A stretch of 64,000 nt of DNA from a virus: positions 32,001-96,000 of IMG/VR virus record IMGVR_UViG_3300045988_165974. One strand, given 5' to 3'. The notes under the pieces were generated by a model. It saw only the letters and a program-made list of their open reading frames with translations. It had not been told where the DNA came from and did no database searches. Made by a program: the position numbers and the translations under genes. Shown piece by piece: positions 17,361-26,403 of the stretch. Positions within the stretch are counted from its first letter, which is position 1, and each line of letters begins with the position of its first letter.

Positions 17361-17690
17361 CTATAATATATTTTCTTTTTTCATACAGTCTAACGAAATT
17401 GTTTGAAAATGTTTCATCAGTTTATTAATATGTATAGAAAGAAGTTCTGACTTAAGGTCTCTTTCTTTTAAACTATTTAAATATTCTATATTTTCTTCGG
17501 CATCTTGAGAGACTATGTTCATAAGGTTAGTATTGTCTTGATTCATTTCAATTACTTTAATAACAGAATCATTCATAAGAGCTGTTCTACATAGTTTTCT
17601 AAAATTATGATTTGAATCATCGTATCCTTGATTTTTCATATCCTCTATACATTGATTTATTTCATGTTGAAATTCTTTTACATGGTCCAT
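17361..17690 (-). CDS. hypothetical protein
   Basis: 109-aa ORF, co-oriented, with AGGAGAA upstream. Confidence 0.45.
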   Translation of the reverse strand: MDHVKEFQHEINQCIEDMKNQGYDDSNHNFRKLCRTALMNDSVIKVIEMNQDNTNLMNIVSQDAEENIEYLNSLKERDLKSELLSIHINKLMKHFQTISLDCMKKENIL

Positions 17691-17834
17691 GTTGTTCTCC
17701 TTTCGTAATATAAGGCTCTACAAGAGACATAGAGCTATTCCATTTTATTTCTTGACCATTTTATTGATGAATGATTTTAATTTGCTTAAAACAGATACAG
17801 GGCGATGCCCTGCATGTCATAAGATAAGTGTGAA

Positions 17835-18596
17835 TTATTTTTCTAAGTATTTCACGAACTCTTCTCCATTTGTGCAGAAAGTTTTTATCATAGCCTTCAT
17901 TAAGCTATATGACATTTCAGAATGATTTTGGCTGTCTAATTCTGCACTTGCTTGTTTGAAACTATCTTCTGTATTTTTCTTTAATATTTCTTCTATAAAT
18001 AAAGTACAACTTAACTCCATTCCTTCATAAAGGTCACTGGCTCTGATTGGAACTACTTTATCCCACTCTTCCCATTTGTCATGAGAAAGAACTTTATGAC
18101 CTTCTTCAATCCATTTCTCAATATCTTTAACTCCTTCTAAACTTTTTAGGCACATCTTCTTATTTAAATAATTAGCAACTTCTTCTAATGAATTAAAATA
18201 TTTCCCACCATTTCTTTTTACCATTTTTCCAACTTTATCTAAAGACTTTAATTCATCTTCATCAAAATATAATTCAGTTTCATCTAGTTCATCTAAGTCA
18301 TGTGGTAATATTTTATCATCATCTGCAAAATCTCTATCTAATATACAAAATATTGTTTTTGCTGGTCTTTTGTTGCTATCATCTATTACTTCTGCAATAG
18401 AATATACTCCATTCATTCTAGGAGTTATAACATATAGACAATAATCACACATTTCTCTTTGTCTTAACTCTTCTTGATAACATTCTTCTGTCCAATCGTC
18501 TACGACTGGATTGAAATAATCCACTTTCAACATTGGAATTAATTTTTCTCTCCATTTACTATTATTGCATGTTCCGCCTAAAAATACTTTACTCAT
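17835..18596 (-). CDS. nucleoside 2-deoxyribosyltransferase-like domain protein
   Basis: The N-terminal pattern VFLGGTCNNSKWR..LIP.L..DYFNP......DYCLYVITP...G.YSIAEV resembles the Nuc_deoxyri_tr2 family. The C-terminal half is unknown. Confidence 0.45.
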   Translation of the reverse strand: MSKVFLGGTCNNSKWREKLIPMLKVDYFNPVVDDWTEECYQEELRQREMCDYCLYVITPRMNGVYSIAEVIDDSNKRPAKTIFCILDRDFADDDKILPHDLDELDETELYFDEDELKSLDKVGKMVKRNGGKYFNSLEEVANYLNKKMCLKSLEGVKDIEKWIEEGHKVLSHDKWEEWDKVVPIRASDLYEGMELSCTLFIEEILKKNTEDSFKQASAELDSQNHSEMSYSLMKAMIKTFCTNGEEFVKYLEK

Positions 18597-18630
18597 TGTT
18601 ATCTCCTTTCATTTATTGAATTTTATATTG

Positions 18631-18680
18631 TGTCCAAAAAATGTAGCGCCTCTATATTAGGTGCTACAAAAATGGACATT
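18631..18680. repeat. 50-bp quasi-palindromic element, copy 1
   Basis: TCCAAAAAATGTAGC-GCCTCTATATTAGGT-GCTACAAAAATGGA. See the finding for the pair. Confidence 0.7.
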
Positions 18681-19170
18681 TTAATTTTTTATAATTGTTT
18701 TATGACTTTTTATATACTCTCTTTTAAGGAATGTAAAAATTAGACTATCATTTTAGGTAAGTTTTTTCTATCTAAAACACATTTGTAAAATCGCATTTAT
18801 GCATTTTATTTTCTTAACCATTCTTGTAATAAATTTCTCATTCTCTTTGAAGGTATGTATAAATTAATTTCATTTTCTTCTCTTATAGCACTTCTAAATA
18901 GCCATTGTATTAATTCAGATAATGCCCATGTTTCTTCATCAATGTTTACACCCTTTTTTCTGTAAAAGTTTAAATAAGTTTAACCGTTTCTGTCGTGGTA
19001 CATAATACATAACAGTCAAACTACAAAAAAGTGTATTTTAGATAGGATTTTTCTATTTAAAATGTATTTTAAAATACTGTGCCTAATACCATGCGCTACT
19101 TAATCATACAGTATTTTATGGTTTTGATATTTTTTACACTTTCTCTGCAAAGAATCTATTTGTCGATTTT

Positions 19171-19228
19171 TGTCATATCCAAAAAATGTAGCACCTAATA
19201 TAGAGGCGCTACAAAAAATGGATATTTT
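19171..19228. repeat. 50-bp quasi-palindromic element, copy 2 (core inverted)
   Basis: TCCAAAAAATGTAGC-ACCTAATATAGAGGC-GCTACAAAAAATGGA. The flanks are direct repeats of copy 1; the core is its reverse complement. Confidence 0.7.
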
Positions 19229-19255
19229 AGCCTTATAGGTAATAATTTTCTATCT

Positions 19256-20494
19256 CTATTTTTTTATTATTTCACAATTAACTTGTTTTCCGTTTATAAC
19301 AGGTTTAACCTTTTTAATAATATATCCATTATTCAACAAAATTTCTTTTACAGTAGTCCATTTAAGTTGTCTCCTCGCTTCGTTGTATAAATTAAATTCT
19401 TTACATAATTGAGCTTTATCAATTCTTGTCAAAGGAATATCTAACCATTTTTTAGGTAGATTAACTATTTGACTTTCCATAACTTGTGTTGGATTTTTAG
19501 TCCTCACGACAATCAAGTCTATATCATGTCTAACCCTACCTCTAGCTTGTATCTGTTCTGTGATATTGGTAGTATTTATAACAACTAATTCGATGTCTTT
19601 ATCTTTAATATTAACTCCTGTTTCCATAGATTTATTAATTATGATTACATTATAAGGTTCTATCACATACCCTGTCTGCAATAAATATTTTCTAGCTTCT
19701 TCTTGTTTTTCATTTAAAATGTGTTTAGTATTATTCTTAGACCAAATTGAAATAGGATTTAAATTAATCCTTTTACACATAGTTTCAATCTTTTTTATAT
19801 CAGAAATAGTTTTAGTATATATCAGGCATTTAAGTCCTCCATATTCAAAACCCTCTCTATATTGTTTAAGCTGTGTTTCTATTTGACTTATGTGGTTTAT
19901 ATATACTTTTCTTTTGTTTATATATCTCACTATATTTTTGTTTTCATCAAAATCAAACACTTCAAAACTAGATAAAGTTGAAGGAAACTTACTTTGTATA
20001 TTTTCTATATAATAAGGCGTTGCTGTCAATAATACAATTGTTGCATTTTCATATTCTTTAGTAAAAAGCAACTCCATAAGCCTCCATAAATTTTTGTTGT
20101 CTGTAAAATTTTGATAATCAACTAAACTATGAATTTCATCTGCTATAATTAAATCATACTTTTCAAATATTTTCATGCTTTCACAAATATCTAAATTAGC
20201 AACCCTTTTTGCAAAAGAATTATAACACACAACTTCAACTTGAGTTTCCGAATCAATAAATTCATTTTCGTATTCTGATTTTCTGCTAAATGTTTCTTTT
20301 CTTTTGCTATTTAAAACCTGTTCTTCTAAATTACAGTTGTCACATAAATAGAGTTTTTTACCATTATATCTTGGAATTAATTTATTGAATATAAATTCTG
20401 TTTTCCCACTTCCCACAGGAGATATAATGATATTATTGTTTTTGATTTTACTCATGTCAAATAATTCTGATAAATAAAATTTGTCTCTTTTCAA
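19256..20494 (-). CDS. superfamily-2 DEAD/DEAH-box helicase
   Basis: Walker A SPVGSGKT, motif II ADEIH, motif III TAT, motif VI QARGRVRH. TTG start. Confidence 0.8.
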   Translation of the reverse strand: MKRDKFYLSELFDMSKIKNNNIIISPVGSGKTEFIFNKLIPRYNGKKLYLCDNCNLEEQVLNSKRKETFSRKSEYENEFIDSETQVEVVCYNSFAKRVANLDICESMKIFEKYDLIIADEIHSLVDYQNFTDNKNLWRLMELLFTKEYENATIVLLTATPYYIENIQSKFPSTLSSFEVFDFDENKNIVRYINKRKVYINHISQIETQLKQYREGFEYGGLKCLIYTKTISDIKKIETMCKRINLNPISIWSKNNTKHILNEKQEEARKYLLQTGYVIEPYNVIIINKSMETGVNIKDKDIELVVINTTNITEQIQARGRVRHDIDLIVVRTKNPTQVMESQIVNLPKKWLDIPLTRIDKAQLCKEFNLYNEARRQLKWTTVKEILLNNGYIIKKVKPVINGKQVNCEIIKK

Positions 20495-20576
20495 GATTTT
20501 TCTCCTTTTCTATGTATCTTCCTTTATTTGTATAGGATTTTTCTATCTTAAAAAACAATAAATTTATTTAAATTTG

Positions 20577-20837
20577 TCAACTAACATATTCTTCGAATCC
20601 ATCGAAATATAATTCTCCGTCTATAATTCCTGCCCATGCATAACAGTTTATATCACAACCAGGAGAATCGAACCCTCCTATGTATTTAAAATCTAATTCA
20701 ACATCAAACATTTTCTCAACATGAATTATTACATCATCTACTGTTTCTATTCCATTTTCTTCATCTATTCTTATATATCCAGTTTCATCATCTAAATAAT
20801 AAGAAATTTCTGTTTTTATTCTTTCTATTTTATTCAT
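20577..20837 (-). CDS. hypothetical protein
   Basis: 86-aa co-oriented ORF. Confidence 0.4.
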   Translation of the reverse strand: MNKIERIKTEISYYLDDETGYIRIDEENGIETVDDVIIHVEKMFDVELDFKYIGGFDSPGCDINCYAWAGIIDGELYFDGFEEYVS

Positions 20838-20954
20838 TATGTTATCCTCTTTCTTTATAGATTTTAACTTCCTTCCTCATTTTTACCTTACATACCTAAT
20901 TTACTTATTATCCATAATACTATGATAAATATAATTATTACATCTGCTATTGCT

Positions 20955-21140
20955 CTATTCATGAAATCCTCCTCTTATAATCCAATCCTCTGGAACTTCC
21001 TCTTGAGTACAATCTCCTAATATTTCACATATAGGACAATTCCCAAATTTTCGCATATTATTGCAATCCTTGCTTGGTACAGATTTACAAGTTTTCTTAA
21101 TTAATTCAAGTGCTTTTATTAACTCTTTTCTATCTTCCAT
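20955..21140 (-). CDS. hypothetical Cys-rich protein
   Basis: 61-aa co-oriented ORF with AGGTG upstream. Confidence 0.4.
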   Translation of the reverse strand: MEDRKELIKALELIKKTCKSVPSKDCNNMRKFGNCPICEILGDCTQEEVPEDWIIRGGFHE

Positions 21141-21158
21141 TATTTCACCTCCAATATT

Positions 21159-21998
21159 TTATTTAACATATTTTGTTCTCTCTTTCGATAATTCTTCTTT
21201 AGTTATTTTTCTAAGTAATTTAACCCTTTCACAACGAATTTTCCCATCTGTATTATACGGAACACAAACTCCACTTAGCCATTCAAATGGTATTAATACT
21301 TTCCAAATATTTGTTTCTTCGTTGTTAGAGAAAATCTTATATAAATTATTAAAAGAAATTAAATTTTCTTCTATCCATTCTAATGTTGCAACATTTATTC
21401 CATAACTGCAAGTATCAAACCTGTTGGCATCAACTACTTCATTAAGAATCCCATTTTCTTTTATGTCCCAATATTCAGGAATTTTATATTGAAATTCAAA
21501 TAATTTATATGCAATATATCCTTCTTTTGTTTTTTCGAAATTTTTATTTAAATAATCTATTGAATTGATTAATCCTTTTGCATTTGAAAGTTGGCTAGAT
21601 ATAAAGGAACAATGCGAAAATTCTGTATTTGTAAAATCTATTTCTCTAGTTCTTATAAAATCAAAATTACTAGCTGCTAAAGATGCATTTAAAAAATTTA
21701 CATTATCAATTTCTGCTCCTTTAAATAAAGTTCCATCTATAACAGAAGATGAAAAAGAACAATTTTTTATCATAGAATAAGATAGATTTGTATTAATGAT
21801 AAATGAATCATTAAAATCAACATTTTTAAAAATTGCATCTGTTAAGTCTAAGTTTTCAATTCTTTTTTTAGATAAATCTATATTAATCAATGTTAGTCTG
21901 CTAGATTCTTCTGCTTGTCCATTTAACCATTTTTTATGCTCTTTCGCTCTTTCTATGAATTCGTTTATTGACATTTTTGTTTTCATACTTACCTCCAA
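21159..21998 (-). CDS. pentapeptide-repeat protein with an extra C-terminal domain
   Basis: Residues ~40-145 are tandem A(D/N)LxX-type pentapeptides (LDLTDAIFKNVDFNDSFIINTNLSYSMIKNCSFSSS...). Confidence 0.65.
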   Translation of the reverse strand: MEVSMKTKMSINEFIERAKEHKKWLNGQAEESSRLTLINIDLSKKRIENLDLTDAIFKNVDFNDSFIINTNLSYSMIKNCSFSSSVIDGTLFKGAEIDNVNFLNASLAASNFDFIRTREIDFTNTEFSHCSFISSQLSNAKGLINSIDYLNKNFEKTKEGYIAYKLFEFQYKIPEYWDIKENGILNEVVDANRFDTCSYGINVATLEWIEENLISFNNLYKIFSNNEETNIWKVLIPFEWLSGVCVPYNTDGKIRCERVKLLRKITKEELSKERTKYVK

Positions 21999-22820
21999 TC
22001 ATATAGCTTCTTTAGCTAAATTTTCTTTTAATATTTTTCTTACTTTATCTAAGCCTTTTGTTCCATAAGTTCTATATACTCTTGATTTAATAGATTTAGG
22101 AGATTTTTTATTTATCTCTCTAGCTATTGATAAATAATCATACCCTTGCAGTATTAAATTCTCCAAAGTATCTACTTCATTGTCTGTCCAAAATTCCATT
22201 TCTTTTTTTATTGGTCTTGCTTTTGTGTTCATTCTTTTCACTTTTTGGAGTATCCCATCTTCTGTTCTGCATAGTCTTTGAGCTATCTCATAACAAGAGT
22301 ATTTATATTCATTCACTAAGAAAAATAAGTATTCTTCATCTTTTTGAGTCCATTCTCTATTGTATTTTGATATTTCTACTTGATTCATTCTATCTCTGTT
22401 TCTTTTTGGTTCTACCCAATCTGGTTCTTTTCCTAACATAAATCTATCGAACTTAGAGAAGTCAAGAAATACTTGATTATCTTCTGCCCACTTCCAAAAG
22501 TTTTTTATATGTACACATTTAACCTTTTTGCTTTCTATTGTTTTAGTTAAAATTGGAAAGTCCCTCTTTATCCAAGCTTTTATGGAATTAGGAGAAGGAC
22601 TATCACAATATCCTGTATATCCTAGTGTCTCAAATAATTCTCTTAAAGTTATATAGTCACTACCTTTAAGGAATGGCCCTAGATTTAATCTACTTCTTCT
22701 TCTTTTAATGCCAGGTATTGTTCTTTCTAATTTTTTAGACAATTGAGGAAGGCTCATGACTCCCCAATTTTCTGCCAGATATTCATCTTCTTCTTTTGTC
22801 CACTTTTTATATGTTCTCAT
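21999..22820 (-). CDS. DNA-binding protein with three Myb/SANT-like repeats
   Basis: Three W-x-x-x-E-(D/E)-x-x-L units (WTKEEDEYL, WTQKDEEYL, WTDNEVDTL), each followed by an HTH-like segment. Confidence 0.5.
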   Translation of the reverse strand: MRTYKKWTKEEDEYLAENWGVMSLPQLSKKLERTIPGIKRRRSRLNLGPFLKGSDYITLRELFETLGYTGYCDSPSPNSIKAWIKRDFPILTKTIESKKVKCVHIKNFWKWAEDNQVFLDFSKFDRFMLGKEPDWVEPKRNRDRMNQVEISKYNREWTQKDEEYLFFLVNEYKYSCYEIAQRLCRTEDGILQKVKRMNTKARPIKKEMEFWTDNEVDTLENLILQGYDYLSIAREINKKSPKSIKSRVYRTYGTKGLDKVRKILKENLAKEAI

Positions 22821-22838
22821 TTTGTCCCCCTTTATTAA

Positions 22839-23264
22839 TTATTGAATAAGTCTTGCCTTATCGTAAAAATTACAAGAATTAGTCATTTCATTATATACAT
22901 AATAACTTTTAGCAAATTCGTCATATTTTATAAATCGAACTTTGGTCCACTTATTTTCTTCATTTAATATTTCTATCTTGTCTCCAAACTTTAAATTGTT
23001 TAAAAATTTAACTTCAACTCTTTCCCAGATAAGTCGTTCTCCTAAATATATTTTCATTATGTCATATTCTGAACGGAATCTATGAGTGAAATCGTTTTTA
23101 TACTCTCCTAAATCTCCTAATATACAGATATCTCCAGTAGTTGTTGGATTCCCCGTAAAACGAGTTATATTAGGAATACTAATTATTTCTCCTTTTATTA
23201 AAAAGTAATTAAAGCCATTTCTAAGTTTTAATTCCATACCATTTTTTAAGTCATTAAGTTTCAA
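22839..23264 (-). CDS. hypothetical protein
   Basis: 141-aa co-oriented ORF. Confidence 0.45.
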   Translation of the reverse strand: MKLNDLKNGMELKLRNGFNYFLIKGEIISIPNITRFTGNPTTTGDICILGDLGEYKNDFTHRFRSEYDIMKIYLGERLIWERVEVKFLNNLKFGDKIEILNEENKWTKVRFIKYDEFAKSYYVYNEMTNSCNFYDKARLIQ

Positions 23265-23270
23265 AACCTA

Positions 23271-23501
23271 TCACCCCACGGTATAATATTTGCATAATTT
23301 TGCATTTAATCCTTTAAATAGGATATATGTTTCTTTAATGGGACACCCAACATTCCCTACGGCATCTTCTTCATGAAATACGCAATTATTACATTTTCTT
23401 TTAACTCTAAATCTAAAAGGATGTTTATTTCTATAATCTTGTTTTGCTTTTTCTAAGGTCCATGTTTCTTTCTTAGGTTCTTTATCTTCAATAATAATCA
23501 T
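23271..23501 (-). CDS. hypothetical Cys-containing protein
   Basis: 76-aa ORF abutting its neighbours. Confidence 0.4.
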   Translation of the reverse strand: MIIIEDKEPKKETWTLEKAKQDYRNKHPFRFRVKRKCNNCVFHEEDAVGNVGCPIKETYILFKGLNAKLCKYYTVG

Positions 23502-23502
23502 T

Positions 23503-23751
23503 TTAAAATCCTTTCTTTATAGTTCCATCTGCCTTATATACAGGACACATAAATCCTTCATGAGAAGATGTATTTACATAATAATGAATCTTTGTTTCAT
23601 TATCCATAACTTCTGTTACAGGGAAGCCATCTATCTTCTTTTCTTCTGAAATAATAGTAAATCCTTTTGTTTCAGTCATTCCTTTACATCCTGTTGTACT
23701 AAAACAGAATATACCAATTATTCCAATTAGTAATATTTTTTTGATTTTCAT
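23503..23751 (-). CDS. lipoprotein (probable)
   Basis: Signal peptide MKIKKILLIGIIGIFCFSTTGC with a lipobox Cys. Confidence 0.65.
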   Translation of the reverse strand: MKIKKILLIGIIGIFCFSTTGCKGMTETKGFTIISEEKKIDGFPVTEVMDNETKIHYYVNTSSHEGFMCPVYKADGTIKKGF

Positions 23752-23767
23752 GTTTATTTCCTTTCTG

Positions 23768-23953
23768 TTAAACTAAAATACATATTGTTTTGCCACATTT
23801 TGAACATGTGATATAAATACAATATTCACCTTTTGTTATTTCAAAGTTCTTTACATTTCCTAATTGAACTTCTCCATATTCATCAAAGCTATTTGTTTCT
23901 TTTATTTCACTTTCATTTCCACAGTCACATATAATTTTCATATCATTCACCAT
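23768..23953 (-). CDS. hypothetical Zn-ribbon-like protein
   Basis: 61 aa with CDCG...CSKCG. Overlaps the upstream gene. Confidence 0.4.
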   Translation of the reverse strand: MVNDMKIICDCGNESEIKETNSFDEYGEVQLGNVKNFEITKGEYCIYITCSKCGKTICILV

Positions 23954-24143
23954 TATCTGTACTATAATAAATTAAAATTATTCTTCCATATCTTAAACTA
24001 TTATCACACAATATTGAAATTATTGATTTAGGATATATTTTATTTTCATTTAAATAATCTTTTAAATCCATATAATCATCAAAATATTCTACTTTATATT
24101 CCATAAGACACCCCCTATTTCTTAGATAAATTGTAATTATCAA
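23943..24143 (-). CDS. hypothetical protein
   Basis: 66-aa ORF in a chain of overlapping genes. Confidence 0.35.
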   Translation of the reverse strand: MIITIYLRNRGCLMEYKVEYFDDYMDLKDYLNENKIYPKSIISILCDNSLRYGRIILIYYSTDNGE

Positions 24144-24513
24144 CTAGCCAACTGAAACGGCAATTGCATTCGTTGTTTTTACTTGAGCTATAATCACATT
24201 TAGAACAATATGTTTCATAACAGTATGTTCTAAATTCATCATCTATTTCTTTATTTATTGTCTTCTCATTAGGAGCTAATTTAGCATACTTCCAAGAGAC
24301 TACAATAAGATTGTTTGGACGTGAAGTACTCCAAGATGTAGCTCCATTTGTAAAAGTGAAAACTTTCCCATTTTCATATTTAGCAAAGTATCGTCTATCC
24401 CATTTTACATTTTCGCTATTCTTTACTAAAACTTTTGTATCGACTGGGATTTTACTCCAATCTATTTCATCTCTTTTCCAAATCGTTTTACCCCTATTAT
24501 CAAATATTTTCAC
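24115..24513 (-). CDS. hypothetical protein
   Basis: 132-aa ORF in a chain of overlapping genes. Confidence 0.45.
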   Translation of the reverse strand: MKIFDNRGKTIWKRDEIDWSKIPVDTKVLVKNSENVKWDRRYFAKYENGKVFTFTNGATSWSTSRPNNLIVVSWKYAKLAPNEKTINKEIDDEFRTYCYETYCSKCDYSSSKNNECNCRFSWLVDNYNLSKK

Positions 24514-24743
24514 TATATCGAAATTAGATGATTTTTTTTTGAGATTAAGTCATCTTCATAAGTTTCTAAGAAGTCCCACAATGTTTCACATGGAACTAAA
24601 GTATGTTCAATAGTTTTAATATATACCATGCCTTCAATAACATAATAAGTACTACCCATTCTTAATTCAAAAAGCATTCCATTTGTTATTTGTGATTTTT
24701 GCATATTAAACCTCCTTTGTAACATCGTTAATACTTCCACCAA
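24513..24743 (-). CDS. hypothetical protein
   Basis: 76-aa ORF sharing 1 nt with the next gene. Confidence 0.4.
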   Translation of the reverse strand: MVEVLTMLQRRFNMQKSQITNGMLFELRMGSTYYVIEGMVYIKTIEHTLVPCETLWDFLETYEDDLISKKNHLISI

Positions 24744-25404
24744 AAGAACTATCTTGGCTTTCTATGAAATCTATAAATTTTTCATAAAAATCTCTTAGAG
24801 ACAAATCTGTATTTATTGTTCCTGATATTTCCAACATATTTTTTGGATTAATCCATTCTACTATTGTAAATCCTTCGCTTTGATAAAATCCTTTGGAAGA
24901 ATATTCTATGTTTTGTCTTTCTTTTATATATTCAAAACATACTTTATCATTGTAATCTCGCCATCCAAAATAACACGAACTAATTAATTTTCCTGTCTTT
25001 TGGTCTCTGACTTTTAGAACCCAAGCTAGGAATTCTTCTATTTCGGATTGTGTTTTACAGTGAATTGCAACGCTTTCAGAAACAAATATATCCCATGTTA
25101 AATTTTTTCTAGTTATGGCTTTATCTGGTCTCCATTCATAATAAGTTTTCTCAAAATCATCCATCAATCCCCAACTTACTCTTTTATTTAGTCTATTAAC
25201 ATTATAAAATGTTTTTCCCTTGTATGTATTCCAATAAGTATTATTTAATGTTTCAAAGTCATTTCCAGTTACTGCCCACTTGAAACCATTTTCACCTAAG
25301 AAGTTCAATAAATCCATAGCTTCTCTTTCTGTTTTACAGTTGATATTAACTTCTGTTAAATCACCAGTAAATTCTTTAAATATATTCCTATTTAATATTG
25401 CCAT
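24706..25404 (-). CDS. hypothetical protein
   Basis: 232-aa ORF in a chain of overlapping genes. Confidence 0.5.
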   Translation of the reverse strand: MAILNRNIFKEFTGDLTEVNINCKTEREAMDLLNFLGENGFKWAVTGNDFETLNNTYWNTYKGKTFYNVNRLNKRVSWGLMDDFEKTYYEWRPDKAITRKNLTWDIFVSESVAIHCKTQSEIEEFLAWVLKVRDQKTGKLISSCYFGWRDYNDKVCFEYIKERQNIEYSSKGFYQSEGFTIVEWINPKNMLEISGTINTDLSLRDFYEKFIDFIESQDSSFGGSINDVTKEV

Positions 25405-25967
25405 TTTCCTACCTCTTTCTTATACACATAGTAATAAAAAATATTATCAATAGCTATTCCAATAAACATTAGAAAGAATCCTAACTTTGTTGGTAATACT
25501 ATTAAAGAACTAAATGCATATCCAATAATACAAGCTATATTATTATAATAAACAGTCTTGTTATCAAATTTTTCCCTGTCTTCTCCTTCGTATCTTAACG
25601 ATTTTAAACGAACTCCTGCACATATGATATTTCTTGTTATTAAGGAGCTTAATATAGCATCTGACATAAAGAAGAATAATGGAGATATTCCATCTACTAT
25701 AAACAAATAAATCAATATGCCATATAGAATAACTTCTATTGATAAGAAAAAGGAAAAAGCTCTATAAAGAACTTTTCCTTTAGATAACCAAATCTTTGTT
25801 ATTAATACAGTAAGAACACAATTTAACAAACTAGCTATGCTAAGAAGATTAGAAGTTATTGCACTTACAGTTACTGTATGAACAATTGGATATGTAATAG
25901 AATAAAACAAGCTACTAGAAAATCCTGCTATTAATAGCTTATCTTTATTTTTATTTATTTGCACCAA
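25392..25967 (-). CDS. polytopic membrane protein
   Basis: 191 aa with at least 5 hydrophobic segments. Confidence 0.5.
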   Translation of the reverse strand: MVQINKNKDKLLIAGFSSSLFYSITYPIVHTVTVSAITSNLLSIASLLNCVLTVLITKIWLSKGKVLYRAFSFFLSIEVILYGILIYLFIVDGISPLFFFMSDAILSSLITRNIICAGVRLKSLRYEGEDREKFDNKTVYYNNIACIIGYAFSSLIVLPTKLGFFLMFIGIAIDNIFYYYVYKKEVGKWQY

Positions 25968-26133
25968 ACCACCATACTCCCATTATGAATCCTATACATA
26001 TTCCAATTATAAGTTTAATCATATTATCACCTCTTTAGTTAGTATTTTTATATCTATTCTTATGATTTAATTATATAATTTTAATATTAATGTGTCAACA
26101 TAAAAATGGTAAGAAAAGAGAGGAAATTCCTCT

Positions 26134-26403
26134 CTAATCCTTCATGCTATCATATATATTACTTATAGTCTTTTTAAAAGCATTATCTTTATTCTCTTTT
26201 GGTTTAGTAACCTTTGTAACAGGCTTACTCTTTTGAGGGGGAGTAGCTGCTAAAACTACCCCCTTAAGCATAAACTTTCTTTCTAATAACATTCTTTCAA
26301 GTGCTTGACTGTTTGTAGAAAGTCCATTTTCCTCTTTATAAGCTTTCACATCCTCATACAAGTCTTTAGAGAGAGAATAACTAGTCGTTATCTTCTTCGC
26401 CAT
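26134..26403 (-). CDS. parR: ParR-like centromere-binding protein (probable ribbon-helix-helix)
   Basis: 89-aa basic protein that overlaps the parM stop. This is the typical parM-parR order. Confidence 0.5.
   Translation of the reverse strand: MAKKITTSYSLSKDLYEDVKAYKEENGLSTNSQALERMLLERKFMLKGVVLAATPPQKSKPVTKVTKPKENKDNAFKKTISNIYDSMKD

Noticed and set aside
24521-24545. The A9/T9 homopolymer at the 24513 gene junction as a programmed frameshift or phase-variation site.
   Set aside because: The two flanking ORFs are already separately startable and overlap by 1 nt, as in the rest of this coupled gene chain. Nothing requires slippage.
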